A program made the position numbers and the translations under genes. Shown in pieces: positions 9,412 to 19,468 of a stretch of DNA of 64,000 bases; the first letter of the stretch is position 1; the number at the start of each line of letters is the position of its first letter. Where the stretch lies: the NCBI GenBank assembly GCA_041747075.1, contig JBGTFW010000169.1, positions 527-64,526 on the forward strand, written 5' to 3'. This DNA is from Pirellulaceae bacterium (GTDB lineage: Bacteria; Planctomycetota; Planctomycetia; Pirellulales; Pirellulaceae). The notes beneath the pieces are model-generated. The model did not search any database. It saw only the letters and a list, made by a program, of their open reading frames with translations, and had not been told where the DNA came from.

Positions 9412-10335
9412 ATGCGCGCAATTCCGCTGTTTACGATTGCTCTCTCAATGGTGTTTCTGGTTGGAGGAAATGCGATTGCGCAATTGCCCGACCCTTCCGA
9501 AAAGCTCGCGGAAACCCAGACGATGATTGACGAGGAAGTGGCACAAATTGAAGTGTTGCAAGTACGCCTTGAGAAAGCAATTGACGAGGGACGAAACGAA
9601 CAGGCTGAGTCGCTCAGGGACCAAATCCGCGACGCATGGGATCGCATTGAGCGACTCAAGGACCTCCGCGACTATTTTGAACGACTTGAGCAGCAACCGA
9701 AACCGGGACGAAGCCCGGGGCCGCCCGACCGCGATCGCGGTTTCGGCAAGGACGCGTCGTCAACGGATGGTGAGCGAGCTACCAATGCGATGCTGGACGA
9801 CGGAGATGGGCCAGTTTCACCCGGCGATGTCGATCGGCCCGAATCGCCCCCGCGGCGACCCGAGCGAGCCGGAACGCCCGGGGAAAGGCCGCGCGGCCGA
9901 GCTCCCGAAAATGCTCGGCCCCCACGCCCGAAGCGCGCGACGCCTGGCGATCATCGCGATCGTCCCGGTTTGGACGAGTCCGAACAGGACATTGCTATCC
10001 GCGTAATCATGGAACGGATCGAGGAATTGAAGAAATGGCACGTTGAACTCATCGAGGCCGGCGAACTGGACATGGCGGCGGGCGTTATGGAATTGATCAG
10101 TCAGGAGAAAAAACGACTGGTTGAGGCGAAGCGCCCAGTCGAGCGGGCCAAACCTTCCGCTCCCGCCGGAGAAACTCGCCGCCCAAGACCACCGCGCGAT
10201 GATTCCGCCAACGATTCAACGGACGAAAAGGACCTTCGGGAGCTCGTCGAGTCAATGCAGGAAGAACTTGAGCGACTTCGCGAGGAATTGCGGCACCTCA
10301 AGGAACAAGACAACGGAAAGGGTTATTCCCGGTAA
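9412..10335 (+). CDS. secreted coiled-coil / Arg-Pro-Glu-rich low-complexity protein
   Basis: The in-frame ATG at 9412 is preceded by gggagg (9401-9406) and gives signal peptide MRAIPLFTIALSMVFLVGGNAIAQ. The upstream part of ORF 8980..10335 overlaps the HEAT gene and is discounted. Confidence 0.6.
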   Translation: MRAIPLFTIALSMVFLVGGNAIAQLPDPSEKLAETQTMIDEEVAQIEVLQVRLEKAIDEGRNEQAESLRDQIRDAWDRIERLKDLRDYFERLEQQPKPGRSPGPPDRDRGFGKDASSTDGERATNAMLDDGDGPVSPGDVDRPESPPRRPERAGTPGERPRGRAPENARPPRPKRATPGDHRDRPGLDESEQDIAIRVIMERIEELKKWHVELIEAGELDMAAGVMELISQEKKRLVEAKRPVERAKPSAPAGETRRPRPPRDDSANDSTDEKDLRELVESMQEELERLREELRHLKEQDNGKGYSR

Positions 10336-10363
10336 TAACGCTGGAACGGCCCGCATGCCCGTA

Positions 10364-11938
10364 TCAGCCCGAGTTATCAAGTACGCCGTACAACAGGCCG
10401 GCGATGCATGCCGTCATGCAGGCGGCCAGCATTCCACCCAGCATTGCGCGAAAACCCAGCCGCGCAAGATCACCGCGCCGTTCAGGTGCCAGGGGTCCGA
10501 TCCCGCCAATCTGGATTCCGATTGCCCCGAAGTTCGAGAAACCGCAGAGGGCGTACGTCAAGATCACGCGCGTTCGATCGGTAATTCCCTCCCCCGATGC
10601 CAGGTCGCTGATCGGCACTTCTTTCATGTCGAGATACGCGACGAATTCGTTGACCACCATTTTCGTTCCGAGCAGGTTTCCCGCCGCCGAGCAGTCGTGG
10701 GTCGCGATTCCCATGACCCAAGCGAGTGGCCAGAAGACCCAGCCAAAAATCCTCCCAAGCGTCAGTTCGACTCCAAACAGTCCACCGGCGCATTGCAGGA
10801 GAATGTTCACGAACTCAATGAGGGCGAGAAAGGCGATGAGCATCGCGGCGATGTTAATCGCCAGCTTCATTCCCTCGCTCGCGCCGATGGCCGCCGCTTC
10901 GATCAGGTTGGTCGCGCGTCGTGACTCGTTCCCCTCGACGTTTTCTACTGGAACCGGGGTTTCCGTTTCAGGCAGCAGAATCTTTGCAATGACGAGCGCA
11001 GCCGGGGCCGAAATGAGCGAAGCGGTCAGCAGATGTCCGGCGCTGATGCCCTGGACCGCGAAGATCGCCATCAAACTGCCGCTGATCGTCGCGAAACCGC
11101 CGACCATCAAGGCATTCAGTTCGCTCCTGGTCATTCGCGCGATGTAGGGGCGCACGACGAGGGGTGCCTCGGTATGTCCCACAAAGACATTTGCCGCCGC
11201 CGCGAGACTTTCCACCGCCGTCGTCCGGAGAGTCTTTTGCATCAGCCACGCCATTCCCCGCACGACCCAGTGCATCAACCCAATGTGATAAAAAACACTC
11301 ATCAGGGCGGCGAAAAAAATGACCGTCGGCAGAATTCCGAACGCAAACGTCCCGAGAACGCCCATCGGGTCGCGCGCCGGAGGGTGGGCAAGGAACATGA
11401 ACGACGCGCCCTCCTCCACGCTTCGCTGTATAAGCCCGAAAAAGCCCTCGACCCAGCTAAATACTATCCCATGGGGATAACGGGGCACGTCGATTCCGTT
11501 TGGGAATTCGCTGAAACGGCGGGTCAGCTCCTCTGGAAAATTCGCGTCCAGTTCACCATCGGTCGTCGCTTCGTCAATTAATGACTGGAGCGAGAGGAGG
11601 GGCGCGGCCCGATCGTCCGCCGGTATTTTCACCCCTGCGGCGGCGACTTCGCCGTTTTTGACCGCCGCAAGCAACGACTCGGCGGAACGAAACGTTTGAG
11701 GAAAGGTCCACGTTCGGGAATTGAAGAATATCGCGGCCAGCACCAGTTGCAGCGCGATTCCCAGCCCGACCAGTCGCCAGTCCACGCGACGCCGGTGGGA
11801 ACTCATCAGCCACGCCAGGATTACCATCACCGCGATGCCAAACAGACTGATCAGATTCAGGTGTGACATGAAAGGTAACCGATCACGCGGTTTGAATTGG
11901 AAGGATTGGGTACGGTCCGACGACGGATAGTAAAGCAC
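10364..11938 (-). CDS. nupC: NupC/CNT-family nucleoside transporter
   Basis: Polytopic ORF with CNT-type N- and C-terminal blocks (GIAVMVILAWL..., GFATISGSLMA, CGFSNFGAIGIQIGG). The ORF start at 11938 is GTG. An ATG at 11869 (MSHLNLISLF) is the more likely start. A large hydrophilic insert follows the first helices. Confidence 0.75.
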   Translation of the reverse strand: MLYYPSSDRTQSFQFKPRDRLPFMSHLNLISLFGIAVMVILAWLMSSHRRRVDWRLVGLGIALQLVLAAIFFNSRTWTFPQTFRSAESLLAAVKNGEVAAAGVKIPADDRAAPLLSLQSLIDEATTDGELDANFPEELTRRFSEFPNGIDVPRYPHGIVFSWVEGFFGLIQRSVEEGASFMFLAHPPARDPMGVLGTFAFGILPTVIFFAALMSVFYHIGLMHWVVRGMAWLMQKTLRTTAVESLAAAANVFVGHTEAPLVVRPYIARMTRSELNALMVGGFATISGSLMAIFAVQGISAGHLLTASLISAPAALVIAKILLPETETPVPVENVEGNESRRATNLIEAAAIGASEGMKLAINIAAMLIAFLALIEFVNILLQCAGGLFGVELTLGRIFGWVFWPLAWVMGIATHDCSAAGNLLGTKMVVNEFVAYLDMKEVPISDLASGEGITDRTRVILTYALCGFSNFGAIGIQIGGIGPLAPERRGDLARLGFRAMLGGMLAACMTACIAGLLYGVLDNSG

Positions 11939-11948
11939 TCGTACTCGT

Positions 11949-12005
11949 CAACGAAGCGGTATTCGTACTCGTACTCGTTCGAGGGTTTTCGAGTACGAGT
12001 ACGAG
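11949..12005. repeat. dispersed element, copy 1, with a 15-bp perfect hairpin
   Basis: caacgaagcggtattcgtactcg... The stem is tcgtactcgtactcg (11963-11977) pairing with cgagtacgagtacga (11990-12004). It is related to 49417-49514. Confidence 0.8.
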
Positions 12006-12029
12006 ACCTATCGCGAGCGAGTGAATTCA

Positions 12030-13106
12030 CTACAAACCATGTTCCGCCAGAAAGCGCTCGGCGTCGAGAGCGGCCATGCAGCCGGTGCCCGCCGAGGTAA
12101 TCGCCTGACGATAGTAGTCGTCGGCAACGTCCCCCGCGGCGAATACACCCTCGCGGCTCGTGTTGGTACGAAACATTTTTGTCCAGCGGATATACCCCTT
12201 GTCGTTCATTTCGAGCTGACCCTTGAGGAAAGCCGTGTTGGGGGTGTGGCCGATGGCTACAAACATTCCGCCCGCGTCCAGTACCAGATCGGGTTCGCCG
12301 ACGGTGCTCGCCAGTCGCAGCCCGGTGACGCGCTTTGCATCACCCATCACTTCAGTCACTTCGCGATTCCACATCATTTTGATCTTCGGATGACTGAGCG
12401 CGCGGTCCTGCATGATCTTTGACGCGCGCAACTGATCCCTTCGGTGAACGATGTGGATCGTTTGCGCGTCCTTGAGATTGGCCAGGTAGGTCGCTTCCTC
12501 GACCGCCGAGTCTCCACCGCCAATGACGGCCAGCGGCTGGGCGCGATAGATCGGCAGCGCTCCGTCGCACACGGCGCACGCACTAACGCCCTTGTTCTTG
12601 TAATTCTCTTCCGAGGGCAATCCGAGATAATTAGCCCTCGCTCCGGTTGCAATAATGACTGTAAGCGCCTCGACCGGGTCCCCGTTCGCGGGAATCACCC
12701 GCATCGGACGCGAATCAAATTCGACGGTGACAATATCGTCCTCGACAACCCGCGTTTCGAAATTAATGGCTTGCTGCTTCATAAGCTCCATCAATTCGAC
12801 ACCCTGGACGGCGTAGTGCGGCAATCCGTTGCGCTGGTGATCGGGGGCGGGTGGCAGATTCCAGTGCCGATCCTCGTCGACCGCCGTCTCGACGAACGCG
12901 CGAACATTTCCAAAGGGAAAGCCGGGATAGTTCTCGACTTCGGTCGTCCACGCCAGTTGGCCGAGCGGGATCATTTCGGGTTTCGCGGTCCCCTCAAAGA
13001 GCAGCGGATTGAGACTTGCCCGCGCCGCGTAAATGGCCGCCGCCCAGCCCGCCGGCCCACTTCCGATGATGACCACTTTTTCCGGCACGGACGACACCCC
13101 CGCCAA
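12030..13106 (-). CDS. trxB: thioredoxin-disulfide reductase
   Basis: FAD motif [19 protein letters not shown], redox-active CAVCDG, NADPH motif [12 protein letters not shown], and C-terminal GVFAAGDV. About 40 aa longer than typical TrxB because of an internal insert. Confidence 0.9.
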   Translation of the reverse strand: MAGVSSVPEKVVIIGSGPAGWAAAIYAARASLNPLLFEGTAKPEMIPLGQLAWTTEVENYPGFPFGNVRAFVETAVDEDRHWNLPPAPDHQRNGLPHYAVQGVELMELMKQQAINFETRVVEDDIVTVEFDSRPMRVIPANGDPVEALTVIIATGARANYLGLPSEENYKNKGVSACAVCDGALPIYRAQPLAVIGGGDSAVEEATYLANLKDAQTIHIVHRRDQLRASKIMQDRALSHPKIKMMWNREVTEVMGDAKRVTGLRLASTVGEPDLVLDAGGMFVAIGHTPNTAFLKGQLEMNDKGYIRWTKMFRTNTSREGVFAAGDVADDYYRQAITSAGTGCMAALDAERFLAEHGL

Positions 13107-13219
13107 TCAGTACATGAACCGCGCAAAGACGAATCGCCCATTATAGGCATCCTCGCGATGTGACAACCCAACCCGTCGGTCAGTAGTTTGCAGTCGCGAG
13201 GCGGTCTAGAATCACGATT

Positions 13220-15073
13220 ATGACTCCCTTGCTAATAGCCATTGGCTCTCTCGCCCTGTTCCTCATCGCCTACCACACGTATGGCAAGTGGCTTGGCCGG
13301 AGGATTTTCGAACTCGACCCGAACGCTCCGGTTCCCAGCATCGAACTGCAAGACGACCGGGACTTTGTGCCCACAAAAAAGTCCATTGTATTCGGCCACC
13401 ATTTCACCAGCATTGCGGGAACCGGGCCGATTGTCGGTCCGGCGATCGCCATCATGTGGGGGTGGGTCCCCGCCTTATTGTGGGTTTTGGCGGGAAGCAT
13501 ACTGATCGGTGCGGTACATGATTTCGGCGCACTTGTCGTGAGTTTGCGGAATCGTGGGCAGACGATTGGCGAAGTCGCCGGGCGGTTGATTCATCCGCGC
13601 GTGCGGTTGCTCTTTTTGTTGATCCTCTTGTTTTCGCTGTGGATCGTATTGGCCATTTTCGGACTCGTGATCGCTCAGGTTTTCAAGCTCTTTCCCGCGG
13701 CGATCCTGCCGGTCTTTCTGCAGATTCCCATCGCCGTCGTGATCGGACTCTGGTTGCATCGCAAGGGTGCCAGTCTGCTCGTCCCGTCCATCATCGCGCT
13801 CGCGGCAATGTACGCGACGGTCTGGCTCGGAGCGGGAGGCGGCGGCTGGCTGGGCGAACGGGTCACGGAACTCAACCAGATGATGGCCGGCTGGTCGATT
13901 GCGACATGGACAGCGATCCTGCTTGCGTATTGTTTCGTCGCAAGTGTTCTGCCGGTCTGGACACTCTTGCAACCGCGCGACTACATCAACAGTCTGCAAC
14001 TGATTTCGAGCCTTATGCTGATCGTGGCGGGGATCGCCGCCGCGGGCCTTTTTGGAGTCGGCGGCCAGCCGCTTGAAATGGTCGCGCCGCCGGTGGAATG
14101 GAGCCCCGTCAATGCGCCCCCGATGTTTCCCGTCCTCTTTATCACAATCGCTTGCGGGGCAATCAGCGGATTTCATTGCCTGGTCAGCAGCGGCACGACA
14201 AGCAAGCAATTGAAATGCGAAAGCGACGCCACGTTCGTCGCCTACGGGTCGATGCTCACCGAGGGGTTTCTCGCCGTGATCGTGATTCTTGCCGTGGGAG
14301 CCGGAATCGGACTGGGATGGCACACTCACTATGAAGCAACCGGGTCTGCCCTGTGGACGGAAATCTATGGCGATTGGGCGCGGGCCGATGCGGGTCTGGG
14401 TGTCAAGGTCGGTGCGTTCGTCGCCGGGGCGGCCAATTTTCTTGTGGCACTGGGCCTTGCCCCCGGCATCGCGGTCGCGCTGATGGGTGTGCTTGTCGCC
14501 TCGTTCGCCGGGACGACGCTCGACACTGCCACGCGACTGCAACGATACGTGATTCAGGAACTGGGCGGACAGGTCCCGGACCGGTTGCCCTCCCTTCGCG
14601 CGGCGGTTTCCCCGTTAACCAACAAATTCGTGGCGACGGGCGTCGCGGTCGTCACGGCGTTTGCCCTCGCGATGATGCCTCGGGGAGACGCGGCGTGGAC
14701 GTGGAGTTCAGCGGGGACGGGTGCCATCGTCTTGTGGCCCATGTTCGGAGCGACCAACCAGTTGCTGGCAGGACTGGCATTTATGGTCGTTTGTTTCTGG
14801 CTCTGGCGGCGCAACAAGCCGATCTGGTTCGCGGCGATCCCGGCTGTCTTTATGCTCGGTATGCCGGTTTGGGCGATGGTCATTCAGGTCGGTGGATGGT
14901 GGCAGGCGGGGAATTACTTACTGGTGTTGATCGCCGTAGTAACGATTTTCCTGCAAGTCTGGATGGTGATCGAGGCAGCGCTCGTATGGCCGCGGGTAAA
15001 GGGCGTTCTTGAGGAAGCATTGCCGAGGCTCAGGTCGCTCGGGCCGGTCGCCGACGGGGGGAGGAGTTGCTGA
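13220..15073 (+). CDS. cstA: carbon starvation protein A (peptide/pyruvate transporter family)
   Basis: 617-aa polytopic ORF with the CstA-type N-terminus (IAYHTYGKWL..., FGHHFTSIAGTGPIVGP). Confidence 0.85.
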   Translation: MTPLLIAIGSLALFLIAYHTYGKWLGRRIFELDPNAPVPSIELQDDRDFVPTKKSIVFGHHFTSIAGTGPIVGPAIAIMWGWVPALLWVLAGSILIGAVHDFGALVVSLRNRGQTIGEVAGRLIHPRVRLLFLLILLFSLWIVLAIFGLVIAQVFKLFPAAILPVFLQIPIAVVIGLWLHRKGASLLVPSIIALAAMYATVWLGAGGGGWLGERVTELNQMMAGWSIATWTAILLAYCFVASVLPVWTLLQPRDYINSLQLISSLMLIVAGIAAAGLFGVGGQPLEMVAPPVEWSPVNAPPMFPVLFITIACGAISGFHCLVSSGTTSKQLKCESDATFVAYGSMLTEGFLAVIVILAVGAGIGLGWHTHYEATGSALWTEIYGDWARADAGLGVKVGAFVAGAANFLVALGLAPGIAVALMGVLVASFAGTTLDTATRLQRYVIQELGGQVPDRLPSLRAAVSPLTNKFVATGVAVVTAFALAMMPRGDAAWTWSSAGTGAIVLWPMFGATNQLLAGLAFMVVCFWLWRRNKPIWFAAIPAVFMLGMPVWAMVIQVGGWWQAGNYLLVLIAVVTIFLQVWMVIEAALVWPRVKGVLEEALPRLRSLGPVADGGRSC

Positions 15074-15257
15074 TTCTCCCGATCGATCCACGCTCAAACG
15101 GGAGCGAGTGAACGAATGACAGGGAGGTTCACTCGCTTATCCGGCTTGAATTGAATACGATGGTTTCCGGCCATCCCCCCCCAGGCGAATGTCCGCCCGT
15201 TGAAGTCGACGGGATTTTTCCTTTTTCTTGTGATTACACCAAACGCATCGGCTGCGC

Positions 15258-16640
15258 GTGCCAACGACCTACCAGAACCCGCCGGCGACCACCGATTTCA
15301 AGGGCCGTTACGCCTTTGTCTCGCTCGGCTGCCCAAAAAACACCGTCGATAGCGAGCGGATGATGGGCTTGTTGCGCCTCGATGGTTATCAACTGGTGCG
15401 CGACCCGGCGGAAAGCGATTTCGTCATTGTCAATACGTGCGGCTTTATCGAAGCGGCGCGGCGCGAATCATTCTCCGCGATCGACGAGATGCTGGAACTC
15501 AAACGCGCCGGCCGGACGCGCGGCGTTATCGTCGCGGGCTGTCTCGCCGAGCGGCAGCGCGAACAAATGCTCGTCGATCGCCCTGACATTGATTCGCTCG
15601 TCGGTGTCTTTAGTCGCGAACACATCACCTCGATCGCCGACCGGCTGATGGGAGACCAGACCGAACAGCGAACGCTCTTTCAACCCGCTCCGATCCGTGC
15701 TCTTCCTGACGATGGACGCCTGAGAATCACCCCGCGGCATTTCGCCTATTTGAAAATCTCCGAAGGCTGTGACCGGCTCTGTACCTTTTGCGCGATTCCG
15801 AAAATGCGCGGCAAGCACGCGACCAAACCGATGGAACGCGTCCTTGACGAAGCCCGTGAACTTGCCGAATCCGGCGTACGCGAGCTGATCATCGTCGCCC
15901 AGGATACGACGTACTACGGAATGGACCTGTACGGTGAACCGAGACTGGCGGACCTGCTCGAGAAGCTGGATGAAGTCGACGGGCTGAAGTGGATTCGGCT
16001 CATGTACTTTTATCCCATGTACATCGATGACCGGCTGATCCGGACGATTTCCGAATCGCGGCGAATCGTTCCGTACATTGACATGCCGCTTCAGCATATC
16101 AATGACGTGATGCTTCGGCGGATGAGCCGTCGGGTCAATCGGGCCGGGACGGAGGAAATTATCTCGCGGCTCCGTGAAGGGATTCCGGGTCTGTCCCTGC
16201 GGACGACCCTCATCTCCGGTTTCCCCGGCGAAACCGAATCGCATTTCGAAGAGCTGTGCGAGTTTGTCGCGCAACAGCGCTTTGAGCGTCTCGGTGTTTT
16301 CACCTATTCGTTCGAGCCGGATACGCCTTCCGCGAAATTGCCTGAACACATCGATGACGCGACGATGCAACGTCGTCGCGACCAGTTGATGGAGATTCAG
16401 CGAGCGATCATGATCGAGCGGAACCAGTCGTTGCAAGGCAAAGTGCTGTCGTGCATGATCGACGCGCGCGTTCCCGGAGAGCGACACGCCTGGATCGCGC
16501 GAAGCCAGGCCGACGCTCCCGACGTCGATGCTCTTGTATTCGTCACGGAGACCGAAACGCCGCTTGAACCGGGCCGGATCGTCGATTGCGAAGTCGTCGC
16601 GGAAAAAGGATACGATTTGGTGGCCGCGGCGCTGGAATAG
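15258..16640 (+). CDS. rimO: ribosomal protein S12 methylthiotransferase
   Basis: UPF0004 N-domain (FVSLGCPKNTVDSE), radical-SAM CxxxCxxC (CDRLCTFC) and C-terminal TRAM-like domain. GTG start. Confidence 0.85.
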   Translation: MPTTYQNPPATTDFKGRYAFVSLGCPKNTVDSERMMGLLRLDGYQLVRDPAESDFVIVNTCGFIEAARRESFSAIDEMLELKRAGRTRGVIVAGCLAERQREQMLVDRPDIDSLVGVFSREHITSIADRLMGDQTEQRTLFQPAPIRALPDDGRLRITPRHFAYLKISEGCDRLCTFCAIPKMRGKHATKPMERVLDEARELAESGVRELIIVAQDTTYYGMDLYGEPRLADLLEKLDEVDGLKWIRLMYFYPMYIDDRLIRTISESRRIVPYIDMPLQHINDVMLRRMSRRVNRAGTEEIISRLREGIPGLSLRTTLISGFPGETESHFEELCEFVAQQRFERLGVFTYSFEPDTPSAKLPEHIDDATMQRRRDQLMEIQRAIMIERNQSLQGKVLSCMIDARVPGERHAWIARSQADAPDVDALVFVTETETPLEPGRIVDCEVVAEKGYDLVAAALE

Positions 16641-16655
16641 TCCACTGATTCCCGA

Positions 16656-17267
16656 ATGAACACCGCGACGAAGTCGGAAAATTCGACGGTTTGGAACGTC
16701 CCGAACCGACTTTCCCTTGCACGGCTTGCGCTGTCGGTGCTCGTCTTTGTGTTCATGGTGTCGCAATGGTACTCGGCCGCCCTCGTCGTGTTTGTCGCCG
16801 CGGCGGGAACCGACTGGATCGACGGCTGGTGGGCGCGGCGTTACGACCAAACGACCAAACTGGGACGAATGCTCGATCCGTTTTGCGACAAGGTTCTCGT
16901 TTGCGGCACGTTCATACTGCTGGCGGTGGCGATGCATGATTTCCCGTGGTATGCGTCGGTCGCGGGCTGGATGGCGGTCGTTGTCGTGGCGCGCGAGATG
17001 CTCGTGACGGCGATCCGCGGTTTTATCGAGCAGGCAGGGGGAGATTTTTCCGCGAAGTTGGCCGGCAAACTGAAAATGTGGTTCCAGTGCATTGCCGCCG
17101 GTGCGGGATTAATGGCGCTCGCATGGCAAGGCGACTCGCAATCGGCGAGCGATCCATTAGCCGTGCTCCCCGGCTGGTTGTCCGTGACGCTGGGGGTGTC
17201 CGTCTGGCTGGCGGTCGTTTCGACCGTATGGTCGGGGTGGCAATACGTCGTGGCGGCGACGCGATGA
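16656..17267 (+). CDS. pgsA: CDP-diacylglycerol--glycerol-3-phosphate 3-phosphatidyltransferase
   Basis: CDP-alcohol phosphatidyltransferase motif DGWWARRYDQTTKLGRMLDPFCDK. Starts 16 nt after rimO. Confidence 0.8.
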   Translation: MNTATKSENSTVWNVPNRLSLARLALSVLVFVFMVSQWYSAALVVFVAAAGTDWIDGWWARRYDQTTKLGRMLDPFCDKVLVCGTFILLAVAMHDFPWYASVAGWMAVVVVAREMLVTAIRGFIEQAGGDFSAKLAGKLKMWFQCIAAGAGLMALAWQGDSQSASDPLAVLPGWLSVTLGVSVWLAVVSTVWSGWQYVVAATR

Positions 17268-17304
17268 TCGACCTCGGGTCGAGACCGGGGCACGTTGCGA
17301 CGAT

Positions 17305-17344
17305 GACGTAGCCTTTCCGGCGAACTGGCAGTTCGCGCTACAAT
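17305..17344. promoter_or_regulatory. palindromic repeat motif plus TACAAT box upstream of the CPBP gene
   Basis: gacgtagcc (17305-17313), the 17-nt palindrome gcgaactgGcagttcgc (17320-17336), then tacaat (17339-17344), 46 nt before the ATG at 17390. Confidence 0.35.
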
Positions 17345-17389
17345 ACGAATTTTTCGCTGCAACGCAGCGGTACAACGTCGTAACAACAG

Positions 17390-18343
17390 ATGCCCGAATT
17401 CCCGCAATCCGTCAGTCTTGCCGAAACGTTATTCTGGTCGGTCGCGCTTGTCGGTTTGACCTTGTGGGTCGGTGCGGTTATCAATAGCCGCCGCCGCGGT
17501 CGCGGTTTGTGGGGAACGAATCGAAACGTTCGCGCGGGTTGGGGGCTGCTGGACGTCGCGGGCATTGCCTTTGTCTGGCTTGCGGCACAATTCATCGCCA
17601 CTGCGTTATGGCACTCGGTGGCCGGAATCGACTCGTTCCCTGACAACGCACCTGACGGCGTCAGGGCGGGGGGTTCGGTGTTTGCCGGCGCAGCGGGGCT
17701 GGCTGCCGTCATCCTCGGTTTGTCATACTTGATGGTTCGCTACCGCCACGGACCCGAGGAATTTGGACTCGGGACGGGTCAACGCTGGAAGGGCGTCCGG
17801 CAGGGGCTGACGGGATTCGCGATGTGGGTCCCCGTGGTGTGGGCCATTCACGCCGCACTGTCGGAATGGATTCCGTATTCGCACCCGACCATCGAAACCC
17901 TCGTGAACCATCCGTCACCGCGGGTAATCGCCGGAGTCTGGTTCAATGCGGTGCTGGTCGCTCCGATTGTGGAAGAAGTGTTTTTCCGAGGAGTCCTTCA
18001 GGGTTGGTTACAGCGGCTGGGCCGCGAAGATTCCGATCGACCGTTCGAATCGCTGGTCCTTGGCCGTTCGCTTGTTGAAAATTCGCCTGACGCATCTCCA
18101 CCCGATTTGGCGAAAGGCGAAATGGACTCGACGATTCACGTGCCGGCGATCGTCGTCGCTTCCGCGCTGTTTGCCTTGGCGCACGCCAATCAGGGTCCAG
18201 CCCCCATTTCGCTTTTCATCCTGTCACTCGGAATTGGTTACATGTACCAGCGCACCGGCAGTCTGCTGGCCTGCGTCGTGATGCACATGACGCTGAATTT
18301 CGCCACGTTGGCGCTACTGGGCATCGGCGGAGAATCGGCGTGA
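17390..18343 (+). CDS. CPBP family intramembrane metalloprotease
   Basis: Motifs APIVEEVFFRGVLQGWL, FALAHANQ and HMTLNF in a polytopic protein. Confidence 0.75.
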   Translation: MPEFPQSVSLAETLFWSVALVGLTLWVGAVINSRRRGRGLWGTNRNVRAGWGLLDVAGIAFVWLAAQFIATALWHSVAGIDSFPDNAPDGVRAGGSVFAGAAGLAAVILGLSYLMVRYRHGPEEFGLGTGQRWKGVRQGLTGFAMWVPVVWAIHAALSEWIPYSHPTIETLVNHPSPRVIAGVWFNAVLVAPIVEEVFFRGVLQGWLQRLGREDSDRPFESLVLGRSLVENSPDASPPDLAKGEMDSTIHVPAIVVASALFALAHANQGPAPISLFILSLGIGYMYQRTGSLLACVVMHMTLNFATLALLGIGGESA

Positions 18344-19404
18344 ACAACAGCGTTCGTTTTGGAATTGTCGGTTGCGGAATGATCGCGGATTTTCACGCCC
18401 GCGCGCTGGCCCAGGTCACCGGCGGCGAGCTGACGGCCTGTTCGAGCCGTTCCCCGGAGTCCTCCGCTGCCTTTTCGGAACGATACGGGTGCGCCTGTTT
18501 CGCCACGGTCGAGGAAATGGTGTCGAGCCGCCAGGTCGACGCAATTTGCGTTTGTACTCCCAGCGGCGCGCACCTGGAGCCGACGCTCACCGCCGCGCAT
18601 CACGGGGTACACGTTGTCGTGGAAAAGCCGCTGGAAGTCACGCTTGCCCGCTGTGACCGGATGATCGAGGCGTGCGATCGCGCCGGAGTGCGGCTCTCGA
18701 CGATCTTTCAGTCACGATTTCACGATGGCGCGAGGAACCTCAAGAGCGCGGTTGACGAGGGTCGATTTGGAAAGCTCTCTCTCGGCACCGCAACGGTCAA
18801 GTGGTTTCGCGATCAGGACTACTATGACAAGGGGCCATGGCGCGGTACGTGGCGACTCGATGGTGGCGGGGCGCTCATGAACCAGGCGATCCACAACGTC
18901 GATCTGCTGCTATGGATCATGGGAAAGGCGATTTCGGTGACCGCCCGGACCGCAACGATCGCGCACCAGCGGATTGAGGTTGAGGACACGGCCGTGGCAA
19001 TAGTCGAGTTCGCAAACGGTGCTTTGGGGACGATCCAGGCGACGACCGCGTCGTGGCCCGGCTGGCGGAAGCGACTCGAATTCTCCGGATCGGATGGGAG
19101 CGCGATCCTTGAGGACGATCGACTCGTTCGATGGGATTTCAGGACGATGCGTGAGACCGACACGACAATCGCTCAATCCGCGCCTTCAGATTCGAACGTT
19201 ACCGGTGGAGCGACCGGCCCCTCCTCGATCGGCGTCGAGGGCCATATTCGTCAGCTTGAGGATTTTGTCATTGCCATCCGCGACAATCGTTCCCCGGCAG
19301 TCGATGGCCGTGAAGCGCGCAAGAGCGTCGAGTTGATAAGGGCGATCTATCGTTCCGCGGACGCGCGCGCGCCGGTCAAATTGGCCGGTGCTGAAGAAAA
19401 CTGA
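18340..19404 (+). CDS. Gfo/Idh/MocA family NAD(P)-dependent oxidoreductase
   Basis: N-terminal Rossmann VRFGIVGCGMIADFHA and EKPL motif (VVVEKPLEV). The GTG start overlaps the previous stop (GTGA). Confidence 0.8.
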   Translation: MNNSVRFGIVGCGMIADFHARALAQVTGGELTACSSRSPESSAAFSERYGCACFATVEEMVSSRQVDAICVCTPSGAHLEPTLTAAHHGVHVVVEKPLEVTLARCDRMIEACDRAGVRLSTIFQSRFHDGARNLKSAVDEGRFGKLSLGTATVKWFRDQDYYDKGPWRGTWRLDGGGALMNQAIHNVDLLLWIMGKAISVTARTATIAHQRIEVEDTAVAIVEFANGALGTIQATTASWPGWRKRLEFSGSDGSAILEDDRLVRWDFRTMRETDTTIAQSAPSDSNVTGGATGPSSIGVEGHIRQLEDFVIAIRDNRSPAVDGREARKSVELIRAIYRSADARAPVKLAGAEEN

Positions 19405-19440
19405 ATGTTAGTCACTGAAGTTTGTGAGGATCATCGTCCC

Positions 19441-19460
19441 GATGGCGGCGCGCCATCTTT
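19441..19460. terminator. candidate bidirectional terminator hairpin between convergent genes
   Basis: gatggcg-gcg-cgccatc (7-bp GC-rich stem) followed by ttt. It lies between the stops at 19404 (+) and 19469 (-). Confidence 0.35.
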
Positions 19461-19468
19461 AGCTGGAA

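Noticed and set aside
11963-12004. 15-bp perfect hairpin downstream of trxB as an intrinsic terminator
   Set aside because: No U-tract follows on either strand, and the hairpin belongs to a dispersed repeat family (sister copy at 49417). I annotate it as a repeat. Terminator activity is possible but unsupported.
15468-16937. Long antisense ORFs inside well-supported genes. Examples: 15468..16937 opposite rimO/pgsA, 2890..4293 opposite the TolC-like gene, 13475..14542 opposite cstA, 40215..41183 opposite thiC, 44626..45576 and 43156..44076 opposite metH, 47174..48196 opposite the helicase, 20375..21346, 25480..26586 and 34449..35660
   Set aside because: These are typical shadow ORFs of high-GC DNA. 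They are Arg, Pro and Gly-rich with no motifs, and each lies fully within a gene that has strong family signatures on the other strand.
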